A DNA stretch of 33,390 bases from the sequence record SRR20825006_689. The stretch is one strand, 5' to 3'. The position numbers were made by a program, and so were the translations under genes. The notes below the pieces were generated by a model that saw nothing but the letters and a program-made list of their open reading frames with translations, had not been told where the DNA came from and ran no database searches. This document shows, one piece after another, positions 1 through 10,528 of this stretch (position 1 is its first letter; each line of letters starts with the position of its first letter).

Positions 1-5
1 CTGGG

Positions 6-27
6 AAATAAAACCCTCAATGAGGGA
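6..27 (-). terminator. Possible short intrinsic terminator after the LacI gene
   Basis: CCCTCA(14-19)/TGAGGG(21-26) inverted repeat immediately past the stop codon (28-30). On the minus strand it is followed by TTTTATTT. The stem is short. Confidence 0.45.
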
Positions 28-1056
28 TTAGTTTCTTTTTTTAGAAGATTCTCTAACTATTAATGAAGATTCCAAGGTAATTGTTTGCTTACTTTTAGAA
101 CTATCTTTCTTTTTTATAAGATCCAAAATTAAAGACATTGCCATAGTGGCCATTTCTTGGGTTGGTTGAGAAACTGCGGTAATAGTGGGGCTATAAGTTT
201 TAAATAGTTCATTATCGTCAAAAGTGATGATTCCAATGCTATTTATTAAATCTGGATACTCTTGCTTAATAACTTTTAACCCTGATTGCGTTAGGTAGTT
301 GGTTGCAAAAAGAATTGAATCTATTGATGGATTTTCTTCCATGAAATCCTTAATATACCTCTCACTATTTCCTTGAGTGGTTTCTTCAAAAGGAATTTGA
401 AGCGTATAATTAGGAATATTATATTTTTCTACAACCGCTTCATAACCTTCTAATCTATCTGCCATCTGAGATTGTATTGCATCAATAGTAATATAAGCAA
501 TGTTCCTAAATCCATTTTCAAATAAATGAATTACAGCATTCTCTGTTGCAGCTTTATTATTTGTAATTACATAATTGGCTTCTAAGGACGCAAAATATCT
601 ATCAAAAAGCACCACAGGGATATTCTCATCTAATAAATGAGCAATCGTTTTATCTAAATTAGGAGAGGGTACAATTATAAACCCATCTACTTGCCTATCT
701 TTAAAGAGATTTATTAATTCTATAGATTTTTTATCATCATTATCATTACTACAAAAAAGAACTTTATATCCTTTTTTATAGGCTAAATCTTCAATCAATC
801 TAGCAAGTTGAGCAAAGAATAGGTTAGAAATATCTTCTACCATAAACACCAAAATTTTAGACTGTCCAGTCCTTAAACTTTGAGCTATTTGATTGGGAGT
901 ATAATTTACTTCTTGTACATATTTTAAAACCTTTTCAGTTAATGCCTTTGATATATGCTTTTCTTCTGCTTTTCCATTTAAAACAAAGGAAACTGTGGTA
1001 ACAGAAATATTTAAATGAGCAGCAATATCTTTAATTGAAATACGTTTTTTCTTCAT
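28..1056 (-). CDS. LacI-family transcriptional regulator
   Basis: N-terminal HTH 'ISIKDIAAHLNISVTTVSFVLNG', hinge 'YTPNQIAQSLRT', a periplasmic-binding-protein-like sugar domain and C-terminal 'LIVRESS'. Confidence 0.95.
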   Translation of the reverse strand: MKKKRISIKDIAAHLNISVTTVSFVLNGKAEEKHISKALTEKVLKYVQEVNYTPNQIAQSLRTGQSKILVFMVEDISNLFFAQLARLIEDLAYKKGYKVLFCSNDNDDKKSIELINLFKDRQVDGFIIVPSPNLDKTIAHLLDENIPVVLFDRYFASLEANYVITNNKAATENAVIHLFENGFRNIAYITIDAIQSQMADRLEGYEAVVEKYNIPNYTLQIPFEETTQGNSERYIKDFMEENPSIDSILFATNYLTQSGLKVIKQEYPDLINSIGIITFDDNELFKTYSPTITAVSQPTQEMATMAMSLILDLIKKKDSSKSKQTITLESSLIVRESSKKRN

Positions 1057-1559
1057 TATCTATAAGTAAATTATTACTAGGTAATATTTTTCATTAAGAC
1101 TTCTAATATAAATAAATTTAATTTAACACTTTGCACATTATAAGCAATCCTAATTCTAATAGTATTTCTATTAACTCAACTAAGTTGGTTGTACCTTAAA
1201 ACCTTACCCTCTATAAAACACAACCTCCATTTAGGTAAAAAGATGACCTGTTTGAGTGTTATAATGATGTTATTTATTAGAAAGATGCTATTTTTAAACG
1301 ATAGAATGAAAATTATAATTAGTTAGATTAAAATTTTGGGGATTTTAATTAAAGTTTAAGGGAAATAGATTTAAATTTTATTGATTGGGATTAAAAACAT
1401 CTATTTTTAACCCTAACACAGCTTCTTTTAATCTAAACACACTTACTTTTTACATAAAACTATCTCTAAAACACTTAAACAATAGTGCAGCTTAGTTAAA
1501 GGCTTCAGGCAATAGATAAACATTTGACTGTTCAATCCAAAATTTTAAGGTAACTCCCT

Positions 1560-1604
1560 AAAAATATATGCATTCATACTAATTACTTAAGTATGAATGC
1601 ATAT
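1560..1604 (-). terminator. Intrinsic terminator closing the arabinose operon
   Basis: Perfect 15-bp inverted repeat ATATGCATTCATACT (1566-1580) / AGTATGAATGCATAT (1590-1604) with a 9-nt loop, followed on the minus strand by ATTTTT. It lies about 76 nt past the symporter stop. Confidence 0.8.
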
Positions 1605-1680
1605 TGTATAAACTCGTGCAAAAAAATTGAAAGCTTAGTACGATTCTACCAAAACAAGTTCTATTTTTATATTCTAACCT

Positions 1681-3300
1681 CTATGCTCCGTTAAAAAACA
1701 TCATAACCCCTATAACAATAACTATAATTAGTATAGATACTAAAATATCTATCCATGAATAACTTACTTTATTGTTACGTTTTTCTTCTTCAGTAATAGT
1801 TTGATAGGTAAGATTTTCTACCTTTTCTTTTGATGGTGCAGGCGAAAGGAAACTTACTACCACAATCAATATTACACAGAAAAGGAAGAACCAAGATGCA
1901 AAATATAGGAAGTTCATGTGTCCTATATAATACAACACACCATCTGGATTAAGAGACTCCTTAATAAGTTCTAATACTATTCTAAGTGCAGCTACAATTA
2001 ATCCTGTTACCAAAGTTATAAATGCCCCTGTTGCATTGATTCTTTTTGAGAATATTCCCAATAAGAACACTGCTGTAATAGGAGGTGCTATATAAGATTG
2101 AACACTTTGCAAATACTCATATAATACTCCAGAGATATTTGCCATAATAGGAATCCAAATAATACCAATAATTACTATAATCCCTGTAGCAAACTGTCCT
2201 GTTCTAACTAATTTCTTTTCAGGAGTATTTGGTCTCAACTTCTTATAAATATCAACTGTAAAAAGTGTAGAACACGAATTAAATACCGACGCCAAAGAAC
2301 TCATAAGAGCTGCTAATAACCCAGCAGCTACCAAACCACGCAATCCAGAAGGAAGTAAATTACTCATTAAAACAGGAAAGGCCTCATCTGGGCTATCCCA
2401 ATTTAATTCTCCTCTCATTTTTAGGGTAAGTGCTATAATTCCAGGTACTAAAAACAAGAATACAGGTAAAAGTTTTAGTAACGCACCAAAAATAGTTCCT
2501 CTTCGTCCTTCTTTTATATTTTTAGCAGTTAGGGTACGCTGAACAATGTATTGATCGGTACACCAATACCATATCCCAGTAATGGTACTAGCAATAAGCA
2601 ATGGCAACCACGGGAAGTTTGGGTCGTTCATTGGTCGCCACATATTTAAATATTCTGGTCCTACTGTATCTGCCATACTCTCCCATCCGCCAACTTTATC
2701 TAGACCAATAAAAGTAAGTGCTGCTGCTCCAATAACTAAGATAATAGCTTGTAGTGTTTCTGTATAAACAACTGCTCTCATTCCTCCTAAAACGGTATAA
2801 ATACCTGTAAGTATTACGGTTCCTAAAGCACCTGTCCAAAAATCGATTCCTAATAAAGCCGCTACTACAACCCCTCCAGCATATATGGTTACAGAAATTT
2901 TAGTAAGGACATATGCAATAATTGAGAAAACGGAAAGCACCCAACGTGATCGAGCATCAAATCTTTTTTCTAAAAATTCTGGCATTGTAAATACCCCACT
3001 ACGTGCGTAAAAGGGTAAAAACACCCATCCTAGAATAAGGACTACCCAAGCTTGAATTTCATAAATAAGCATAGGCAATTTATTTCCAGCACCAGCACCA
3101 GCAAGTCCTACCACATGTTCTGAACCAATATTGGAAGCAAAAATGGAAGCTCCCACTACAAACCAGCCCACATTACGACCAGCAAGAAAATAATCTTCTG
3201 TATTTGAGTTTTTCTTTTTGATTACCCAAACCGCTATTCCTATAAGAACAGCAAAATAAATTGAAATCGTGATCCAATCAAAAGTATCTAGTAATTGCAT
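1681..3300 (-). CDS. Sodium:solute symporter (SSS/SGLT family), probable L-arabinose permease
   Basis: SSS motifs 'YFLAGR', 'ASNIGSEHVVGLAG', 'TMPEFLEKRF', 'WYWCTDQYIVQR' and 'LLAALMSSLASVFNS', with many hydrophobic segments. Last gene of the ara run; substrate inferred from context. Confidence 0.93.
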   Translation of the reverse strand: MQLLDTFDWITISIYFAVLIGIAVWVIKKKNSNTEDYFLAGRNVGWFVVGASIFASNIGSEHVVGLAGAGAGNKLPMLIYEIQAWVVLILGWVFLPFYARSGVFTMPEFLEKRFDARSRWVLSVFSIIAYVLTKISVTIYAGGVVVAALLGIDFWTGALGTVILTGIYTVLGGMRAVVYTETLQAIILVIGAAALTFIGLDKVGGWESMADTVGPEYLNMWRPMNDPNFPWLPLLIASTITGIWYWCTDQYIVQRTLTAKNIKEGRRGTIFGALLKLLPVFLFLVPGIIALTLKMRGELNWDSPDEAFPVLMSNLLPSGLRGLVAAGLLAALMSSLASVFNSCSTLFTVDIYKKLRPNTPEKKLVRTGQFATGIIVIIGIIWIPIMANISGVLYEYLQSVQSYIAPPITAVFLLGIFSKRINATGAFITLVTGLIVAALRIVLELIKESLNPDGVLYYIGHMNFLYFASWFFLFCVILIVVVSFLSPAPSKEKVENLTYQTITEEEKRNNKVSYSWIDILVSILIIVIVIGVMMFFNGA

Positions 3301-3302
3301 GA

Positions 3303-4496
3303 TTATTTAGTTGAAAATTTAAAAGATGTTTCTGTTTTATAAGTCTCTCCAGGTTTTAATTCCACCGAAGGAAATTCTTTTTGATTAGGAGAATCTGGAT
3401 AATGCTGAGTCTCTAAACAAAAACCTGTTCGCTTAGCATATGTTCCTCCCCCTTTAGCAGGCAATGTACCATCCAAAAAGTTACCAGTGTAAAATTGAAT
3501 TCCAGGTTCATCGGTAAAAACTTCCATAATTCTCCCACTCTCAGGATCATAAGCCGTAGCTGCTAATTGCTGACCGTTATTTTGGTTATTTAAAACCCAA
3601 CAATGATCGTAACCCAAGCCACGCTCTAACTGTTCGTTTTCGGTATTGATTTCTTTTCCTATAACTTTAGGAGACCTAAAATCGAATGGAGTTCCAGCAA
3701 CATCTTTAAATTCTCCTGTTGGAATTAAAGACGAATCTACAGGCAGAAAAGCATCAGCATTAATCATAATCTGATGATCTAAAATAGTTTTAGAAAAATC
3801 TCCCGATAAATTAAAATACGAATGTTGAGTAAGATTTACCACCGTTTTCTTGTCGGTTGTAGCTTCATACGCAACCTTTAATGTATTTGTGTTGTCTAAT
3901 GTATAAGTAACAATAGTTTTTAAATTTCCTGGATACCCTTCTTCCATATCCTTACTTGTATAAGAAAGTTGTAGTGCTAAATAATCCTTTTCTTGTATTG
4001 GCTTTACTTCCCAAACAACTTTATCAAAACCTTTATTTCCTCCATGTAAATGGTTTTTTCCATCATTTTGAGCTAAGGTATATTCTTCTCCATCGATTGC
4101 GAATTTACCCCCAGCAATTCTATTGCCATAACGTCCAATAATGGCTCCAAAATATGGTGGCGGAATTAAATAATCTTCTAAAGAATCAAATCCTAAAACT
4201 ACATCTTCAATAGCTCCATTTTTATCTGGAACTTTTAAGTTGGTAATAACCCCTCCGTAATTAATAATAGCTACCTCCATACCATGCTTGTTTGTAAGCT
4301 GGTATTTTGTAATTTTTTCTCCGGAAGGAAGTTTTCCAAATTCTGAGGTTGAAATATGGAGAGCTTCGGTGTTTTCTTGTATCTCACTTTGCTCTGAATT
4401 AGCAGTTGCTTTTTCCGATTTTGTTTTACATTGAGTAAAAACAACAGCAAGACACACCAGTGAAATATACTTTAAGTTTTGTTTAAATGAATTCAT
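3303..4496 (-). CDS. galM: Aldose 1-epimerase (mutarotase, GalM/AraM-like) with a probable lipoprotein signal peptide
   Basis: Motifs 'GRYGNRIAGG', 'HLHGG', 'NLTQHSYFNL', 'GYDHCWVL' and 'FCLETQHYPDSPN'. N-terminus 'KYISLVCLAVVFTQC-K' resembles a Bacteroidota lipoprotein signal. Confidence 0.93.
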   Translation of the reverse strand: MNSFKQNLKYISLVCLAVVFTQCKTKSEKATANSEQSEIQENTEALHISTSEFGKLPSGEKITKYQLTNKHGMEVAIINYGGVITNLKVPDKNGAIEDVVLGFDSLEDYLIPPPYFGAIIGRYGNRIAGGKFAIDGEEYTLAQNDGKNHLHGGNKGFDKVVWEVKPIQEKDYLALQLSYTSKDMEEGYPGNLKTIVTYTLDNTNTLKVAYEATTDKKTVVNLTQHSYFNLSGDFSKTILDHQIMINADAFLPVDSSLIPTGEFKDVAGTPFDFRSPKVIGKEINTENEQLERGLGYDHCWVLNNQNNGQQLAATAYDPESGRIMEVFTDEPGIQFYTGNFLDGTLPAKGGGTYAKRTGFCLETQHYPDSPNQKEFPSVELKPGETYKTETSFKFSTK

Positions 4497-4608
4497 CTGT
4501 TAATATTTATTATTTTAAAAAGGTCAGATGTAATACCCACAATCATCATATCTATGTGTTTGATAAAGTTGTTAATGGGCATTTCATAATCTATTTAGGT
4601 TTAGAAGG

Positions 4609-6114
4609 TTACATTCTATGTTGAAATAAATGATAATACGATTCATTTGCATTGAGAGTATTCTTAAATTCACGAATACTTGTTTTATCATCAATTACTA
4701 ATAATTCAATTCCTGCAATATCTGCAAAATCTTCCATATATGCAGTAGTAAGTGCTTGGGAGTATACCGTATGATGAGCTCCACCAGCTAGAATCCAAGC
4801 GGTAGTAGCTTCTTCAAGACTTGGTTTACAATCCCAAAGTACTCTTGCAACTGGCAATTTAGGTAAATCTGCCATTGGTTCCACAGCTTCTACTTCATTA
4901 ACAATTAATCTAAAACGATTCCCCATATCTATTAAAGAAGCATTAATTGCAGGACCAGCAGGCGAATTAAAAACCAATCGAACAGGGTCTTCTTTCCCTC
5001 CAATTCCTAAAGGATGTACTTCACAAGAAGGTTTTCCATCGGCAATAGAAGAACATATTTCTAGCATATGCGAGCCTAATACATACGATTTTTCAGGAGT
5101 AAAATGATAGGTATAATCTTCCATAAACGAAGTTCCTCCTTCCAAACCTTGCGCCATTACCTTCATGGTTCTCAACATAGCTGCCGTTTTCCAATCGCCT
5201 TCTCCACCAAAACCATAACCATCTGCCATTAAACGCTGTACTGCAATTCCTGGCAACTGTTTTAAAGCTCCTAAGTTTTCAAAAGTATCGGTAAAAGCTT
5301 TAAACCCACCTTCATCTAAAAAAGCACGAAGTCCTAATTCAATTTTAGCAGCATCTATTAACGATTGTCTTTTTGCGCCTCCTTCTTTAAGAGATGCTGT
5401 TAAATTATAAGACGTTTCATAAACCGCAAGTAAATTCTGTAATTGCTTATCTGTAACAGCATCAATATGCTTTACTACATCCGAAGAATCATAGCCATTT
5501 ACTTCCAGTCCAAAACGCATTTGAGCCTGTACTTTATCTCCCTCAGTAACTGCAACTTGGCGCATATTGTCGCCAATTCTGGCAACTTTCATATGTTGTA
5601 ATTCGTCCCAACCTAAAGCTACACGCGTCCAAACACCTAATTGTTTTTGTACATTTTCCGATTTCCAATGTCCTACAATTACTTTTCTTTTCTGACGCAT
5701 TCTAGACATCATAAATCCAAATTCACGGTCGCCATGCGCCGATTGATTTAAATTCATAAAATCCATATCTATATCATTCCATGGAATCTCTGCATTAAAC
5801 TGCGTATGAAAATGACATAATGGTTTTTTAAGAATATTAAGTCCTGCAATCCACATTTTAGCTGGAGAAAATGTATGCATCCAAGTAATAATTCCGATAC
5901 AATTTTTTGTGGTATTTGCTTCAATACAAATAGCTGTTATCTCATCGGGAGTTGTAACGATATTCTTACTTACTATTTTTACATCAATTTTTGAAGAAGC
6001 ATCCAATCCATTTGCAATGGTATTTGCATTTTGTGCTACCTGTTTTAGAGTTTCGGGACCGTATAAGTGTTGGCTCCCCGTTACAAACCAAATTTCTTTT
6101 TCCGTTGAAATCAT
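4609..6114 (-). CDS. araA: L-arabinose isomerase
   Basis: 501 aa with '[11 protein letters not shown]', '[11 protein letters not shown]', '[13 protein letters not shown]', 'GFGGEGDWK', 'FMEDYTY', 'HMLE' and 'GGAHHT'. Confidence 0.98.
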   Translation of the reverse strand: MISTEKEIWFVTGSQHLYGPETLKQVAQNANTIANGLDASSKIDVKIVSKNIVTTPDEITAICIEANTTKNCIGIITWMHTFSPAKMWIAGLNILKKPLCHFHTQFNAEIPWNDIDMDFMNLNQSAHGDREFGFMMSRMRQKRKVIVGHWKSENVQKQLGVWTRVALGWDELQHMKVARIGDNMRQVAVTEGDKVQAQMRFGLEVNGYDSSDVVKHIDAVTDKQLQNLLAVYETSYNLTASLKEGGAKRQSLIDAAKIELGLRAFLDEGGFKAFTDTFENLGALKQLPGIAVQRLMADGYGFGGEGDWKTAAMLRTMKVMAQGLEGGTSFMEDYTYHFTPEKSYVLGSHMLEICSSIADGKPSCEVHPLGIGGKEDPVRLVFNSPAGPAINASLIDMGNRFRLIVNEVEAVEPMADLPKLPVARVLWDCKPSLEEATTAWILAGGAHHTVYSQALTTAYMEDFADIAGIELLVIDDKTSIREFKNTLNANESYYHLFQHRM

Positions 6115-6130
6115 TAATTATAGTTTTTTA

Positions 6131-6835
6131 TTATTTCTGTCCGTAGTAAGCATCTTTTCCATGCTTACGTTCGTAATGTTTTTTTATAAGTGAATCTTTT
6201 AATCTTGGTGCATTTGGATTAATTTGAAGTGTTAAATAAGCCATTCTTGCTACTTCTTCCAATACTTTACTATTATATACTGCTTTTGAAGCTGAATTAC
6301 CCCAAGTAAACGGACCATGATTACCCAATAATACCATCTGTACTTCTTGATGGGATATCTTTTTATCTTTAAAACAATCTAAAATCTGAATTCCAGTATT
6401 GTGTTCGTAGTTTCCTTCAATTAATTCATCTTTCATTGGAGGAGCACAAGGAATATCGGCTACCAAATGGTCGGCATGTGTAGTTCCAAAAATAGGAATA
6501 TCTTTTTGCGCTTGCGCCCAAGCTACAGAATAGGTAGCATGTGTATGAGCTATACCTCCAATATCTTCCCAATTTTTATACAAGAACGCATGTGTTTTGG
6601 TATCAGATGATGGTCGCATTTCCCCTTCAACAATATTGTTTTCAAAATCGACAATTACTATATCCTCTGGTTTTAATTTTTCATAAGGAACCCCGCTTGG
6701 TTTAATAGCAAAAACCTTATTCTGTCTATCAACAGCACTTACATTTCCAAAGGTATAAATTACCAAATCCAATGCGTTAAGCTCCATATTTGCCTCGTAG
6801 CATTCTCTTTTTAATTCTTTATATTTTGACTCCAT
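6131..6835 (-). CDS. araD: L-ribulose-5-phosphate 4-epimerase
   Basis: Class II aldolase/epimerase motifs 'TFGNVS', 'IKPSGV', 'PSSDT', 'HTHA', 'GTTHADH', 'HGPFTWG' and C-terminal 'RKHG..AYYGQ'. Confidence 0.97.
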   Translation of the reverse strand: MESKYKELKRECYEANMELNALDLVIYTFGNVSAVDRQNKVFAIKPSGVPYEKLKPEDIVIVDFENNIVEGEMRPSSDTKTHAFLYKNWEDIGGIAHTHATYSVAWAQAQKDIPIFGTTHADHLVADIPCAPPMKDELIEGNYEHNTGIQILDCFKDKKISHQEVQMVLLGNHGPFTWGNSASKAVYNSKVLEEVARMAYLTLQINPNAPRLKDSLIKKHYERKHGKDAYYGQK

Positions 6836-6849
6836 AATTACTAATTGTA

Positions 6850-8529
6850 TTATTTGGATGTGTTGTTTTCTATATAAACTGAAAGTCCTGAATAAGACTC
6901 CAATAGTGTTTTATAAACCGCTACTTGATCTTCCTGCGGATGATATTCGGCTTCAAAATTGCTTCCTAAATGTTTACTAGCTTCTATTACGTCTTTATAA
7001 ATTCCAGCGGCTACAGCAGCATAAATAGCCGCTCCCAATGCTGGAGCTTGATCTGAGGACGCTATTTTTATTGGCATATTTAATACATTGGCAAGAGTTT
7101 GCATAATAAAAGGAGATTTCCTTGCTACTCCCCCAATACCAATAACAGTATTAATTTTTACCCCTTCGCTCTCAAAACGATCTACTATTTTTTTAGCACC
7201 AAAACAAATTGCGTTTACTAATGCCTTAAAAATATGTGGTGCTTTGGTTCCTAAATTTAAGTCCATCATGGCAGCTTTTAATTCCTGATTTGCATCTGGA
7301 GTTCTTCTACCATTAATCCAATCTAAGGCTGTAGGAACACTTTCTTCCAACGGGATATTTTTGGCTGCTTCAGCTAATTGTTTGATGAAATTCCCTTCAA
7401 TCTCTTTCTTTAAATTATCTTTTTGAGCTTCGGTTAAACTTTCTGAGGTATAAACCAAATTATGAAAAGGCCAAGAAAGCACATCTTTAAACCAAGCTAA
7501 TAAATCTCCAAATGCAGATTGACCAGCTTCCAAACCTACCATTCCTGGAATTACAGAACCATTTACTTGACCACAAATTCCTTTAACAGCCTTTTTTCCA
7601 ATTACATTTTCATTGGCTACAATAATATCACAAGTAGATGTTCCCATTACCCTAACCAACGTATGCTCTTCTATTCTAGCTCCCACTGCTCCAGCGTGCG
7701 CATCAAAAGTTCCAACTGCAATTACCGTTTCTGTAGTTAACCCCAATCTCTCTGCCCATTCAGAGTTTAAATTTCCAGCAACCTCATCAGAAGTATATGT
7801 TTCTTTATAAAGTTGATTTCTTAGTTTGGATAAATACGGATTTAATTTCCCTAAAAATTCTTCGGAAGGGAGTCCGTCCCAGCTTTCATGCCACATTGCT
7901 TTATGACCAGCAGCACAACGACTTCTTTTAAATGTATTTAAATCTTTTTCGTCGCCTAATAAATAAGTGATGTAATCGCAATGTTCCATCCATGTATAAG
8001 CAGCATTCTTAATAACTTCATCTTCTCTGGCTATATGAAGTATTTTAGCCCAAAACCATTCAGAAGAATAAATTCCTCCCTCAAACTGCGTAAAATCTTG
8101 TCCTCCCCAACTTCTAGAGAGCTTATTAATTTCATTGGCCTCCTCAATAGCGGTATGGTCTTTCCATAAAACCATCATTGCATTTGGGTTTTCACTAAAT
8201 TCTGGTAATAAAGCAAGTGGAGTACCCTCTTTAGAAAGCGGCATTGGAGACGAGCCTGTGGTGTCTATACAAATTCCTTTAATAGCAGCTGGTTTTACCC
8301 CCGCTGTAGCAACAACTTTTTTAATAGTCTGTTCTAATCCCTCAATATGATCTAATGGATGCTGACGAAATTGATTTTTAGAAGCATTACAATATAATTT
8401 CTGTTTCCATCTTTTATAATATGAAACATCTGTAGCTATTTCTTCCCCATTTGCTGCATTTAACAATACAGCTCTTACAGAATCTGTACCGTAATCCAGC
8501 CCGATTACGTATGATTTATTATCGCTCAT
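6850..8529 (-). CDS. araB: L-ribulokinase (FGGY family)
   Basis: 'IGLDYGTDSVRA', 'LWKDHTA', 'YSSEWFWAK', 'RCAAGHKAMW', 'GLEAGQSAFGD' and 'DWINGRRTP'; adjacent to araD and araA. Confidence 0.96.
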   Translation of the reverse strand: MSDNKSYVIGLDYGTDSVRAVLLNAANGEEIATDVSYYKRWKQKLYCNASKNQFRQHPLDHIEGLEQTIKKVVATAGVKPAAIKGICIDTTGSSPMPLSKEGTPLALLPEFSENPNAMMVLWKDHTAIEEANEINKLSRSWGGQDFTQFEGGIYSSEWFWAKILHIAREDEVIKNAAYTWMEHCDYITYLLGDEKDLNTFKRSRCAAGHKAMWHESWDGLPSEEFLGKLNPYLSKLRNQLYKETYTSDEVAGNLNSEWAERLGLTTETVIAVGTFDAHAGAVGARIEEHTLVRVMGTSTCDIIVANENVIGKKAVKGICGQVNGSVIPGMVGLEAGQSAFGDLLAWFKDVLSWPFHNLVYTSESLTEAQKDNLKKEIEGNFIKQLAEAAKNIPLEESVPTALDWINGRRTPDANQELKAAMMDLNLGTKAPHIFKALVNAICFGAKKIVDRFESEGVKINTVIGIGGVARKSPFIMQTLANVLNMPIKIASSDQAPALGAAIYAAVAAGIYKDVIEASKHLGSNFEAEYHPQEDQVAVYKTLLESYSGLSVYIENNTSK

Positions 8530-8533
8530 TAAA

Positions 8534-10507
8534 TTAATTAATTTTCAATTTGAATACATTTACAGAATAAGGAGCTAATTGAACTCCATCTTTAGCATCT
8601 ATTTTAATTTCTTTAGATTTTGGTATTATATTTTTAGGTTTACTGATGGAATTTACATCACTCAACCCTTCACTTACAAGAACAATTTGAGTAGCATTAT
8701 TAGCAACAGAAACCCCATTCCATTTAAAATTAATAGTATTTTTTTCAGATAGTGTATTTACCACTTTAACAATCATTTCGTTGGTTTCTGTATCTTTTAC
8801 TACAGAAGCATATAAACTCTTCTGTCCTATTATTTTTTTACCATCAATAGTAACTTTCATAAGATCGGTGCCTCGATTGGTTGCAAATAATTTTTGCACA
8901 TAATAATTTGGTGTCCCATAAGAAGTAAGATTGTTAAACCAAATTAAATCGGGAGTCCATTGCCAACCTTCTGTATGCGCCATCAAGGGTGCATAAGACG
9001 TTAATTGAACTACCTCAGCATTACGCTCTAATCCAGTCATAAATGCTGCTTCAGACATGGCACACTCCCAATTATTTTCGTTTTTTGGGCTTGCAATTGC
9101 AACACTTTGTGCAGCGTATTCTCCAGCAAAAATTTTAGGACCATTTCTATCGTAATCATCATACCTATCGGCATTATCTCTAAACCATTGCGGACTACGG
9201 TAATAATGCTCATCTATAATCTCTGCATTTAGTTTTTTCAACGCTTCCATTCCGTATTCAAAATAATCGCCATCTGGAAAAGGACCACTTCCAGAAACAA
9301 TAATCATATCTGGATATTGTTTTTTAATAGCTTCAGAAAAAACCTTGTAACGCGCAATATAATCTGGTCCCCATTGTTCATTTCCAACCCCAATATATTT
9401 CATATTGAAAGGCTCTGGATGCCCCATATCACTACGTACTTTTCCCCAAGGAGTTGAAACATCTCCATTAGCAAACTCTATTAAATCTAAAGCATCTTGC
9501 ACATAAGGATCAAGTTCTTCCATTGGCACTAATTCTCCAGTATTGAACTGGCATGCCATTCCGCAACTCAAAATTGGTAATGGTTCTGCCCCCATATCTT
9601 CTGCTAATTGGAAATATTCAAAAAAACCAATTCCAAAACTCTGATAATAATCGGGGGTTGGACGATGTCCAAACTCTGTATTCCATCTATTGACCAATAT
9701 TTCACGATCTTCAATAGGGCCTACTGTTTTTTTCCATTGATAGCGTTTTGCTAACGTTCTTCCTTCTACAATACAACCTCCTGGAAAACGTAAAAACCCT
9801 GGATCCATATCTGCTAACAATTGCACCAAATCTTTACGCATTCCATTTTTTCTTTGTTTCCATGTATCTTCAGGAAATAAAGAAATCATATCCATATCAA
9901 TTTCTCCAGTTCCAGAAAACGTTATTTCAAGGGTAGCTTTTTCTGCGGTTGCAGTTGCCGTTAATTGTGCTTCATATTTTTTCCAATCGTTGGCATCTAC
10001 TACTACCGAGGTAGAAGCAATTTCCTTCTTATCTTTCCCGACCAGCTTAAAGTGAAGCTCCTTTATATTACCCGATGTTTTAGCAGCTAAAAAGGACAGA
10101 TTATAAACAGCCTTGGCATGTATCCCCATCCCTCTAAAACCTTGATTGATGATTTTGTAACCTTGATCGTCTTTTACAGTAATTCTACAATAATTGTGAT
10201 TGGTTTGATCTCCAGAATATTTTATAATTGTAGCAATTCCTGAATTGTTATTATAAGAATGACGATCGCTATTAGGTTGTTCCCAACCCATTAAAGGCTC
10301 ATCAAATTCAAAAGATCTATTTTTAATCATTTCAGCATACAACCCTCCATCTGCGGCAAAATTGATATCCTCAAAAAATATCCCGTACATTGTGGGTTGT
10401 ATTTTAGCAATAGATTGTGATGCATCTACCTCTAAAGTTGTTATTTGTGCATAATTTATTCCTACACAAAAAAATGCTAGAATGTATATCTGTTTTAAAG
10501 TTTTCAT
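8534..10507 (-). CDS. GH51 alpha-L-arabinofuranosidase, secreted, with an inserted CBM4/9-like beta-sandwich
   Basis: Signal peptide, 'YGIFFEDINFAADGGLYAE', 'FLRFPGGC', acid/base region 'GVGNEQWG', 'DEHYY', nucleophile region 'AGEYA' and 'GLERNAEVV..SYAPL'. Confidence 0.93.
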   Translation of the reverse strand: MKTLKQIYILAFFCVGINYAQITTLEVDASQSIAKIQPTMYGIFFEDINFAADGGLYAEMIKNRSFEFDEPLMGWEQPNSDRHSYNNNSGIATIIKYSGDQTNHNYCRITVKDDQGYKIINQGFRGMGIHAKAVYNLSFLAAKTSGNIKELHFKLVGKDKKEIASTSVVVDANDWKKYEAQLTATATAEKATLEITFSGTGEIDMDMISLFPEDTWKQRKNGMRKDLVQLLADMDPGFLRFPGGCIVEGRTLAKRYQWKKTVGPIEDREILVNRWNTEFGHRPTPDYYQSFGIGFFEYFQLAEDMGAEPLPILSCGMACQFNTGELVPMEELDPYVQDALDLIEFANGDVSTPWGKVRSDMGHPEPFNMKYIGVGNEQWGPDYIARYKVFSEAIKKQYPDMIIVSGSGPFPDGDYFEYGMEALKKLNAEIIDEHYYRSPQWFRDNADRYDDYDRNGPKIFAGEYAAQSVAIASPKNENNWECAMSEAAFMTGLERNAEVVQLTSYAPLMAHTEGWQWTPDLIWFNNLTSYGTPNYYVQKLFATNRGTDLMKVTIDGKKIIGQKSLYASVVKDTETNEMIVKVVNTLSEKNTINFKWNGVSVANNATQIVLVSEGLSDVNSISKPKNIIPKSKEIKIDAKDGVQLAPYSVNVFKLKIN

Positions 10508-10528
10508 TTTTAGTTTTTGTTGATTTAT

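Noticed and set aside
1057-1680. Operator for the LacI regulator
   Set aside because: I found no convincing LacI-type palindrome with a central CG. Its targets may lie outside the window, so no link to the ara operon is claimed.
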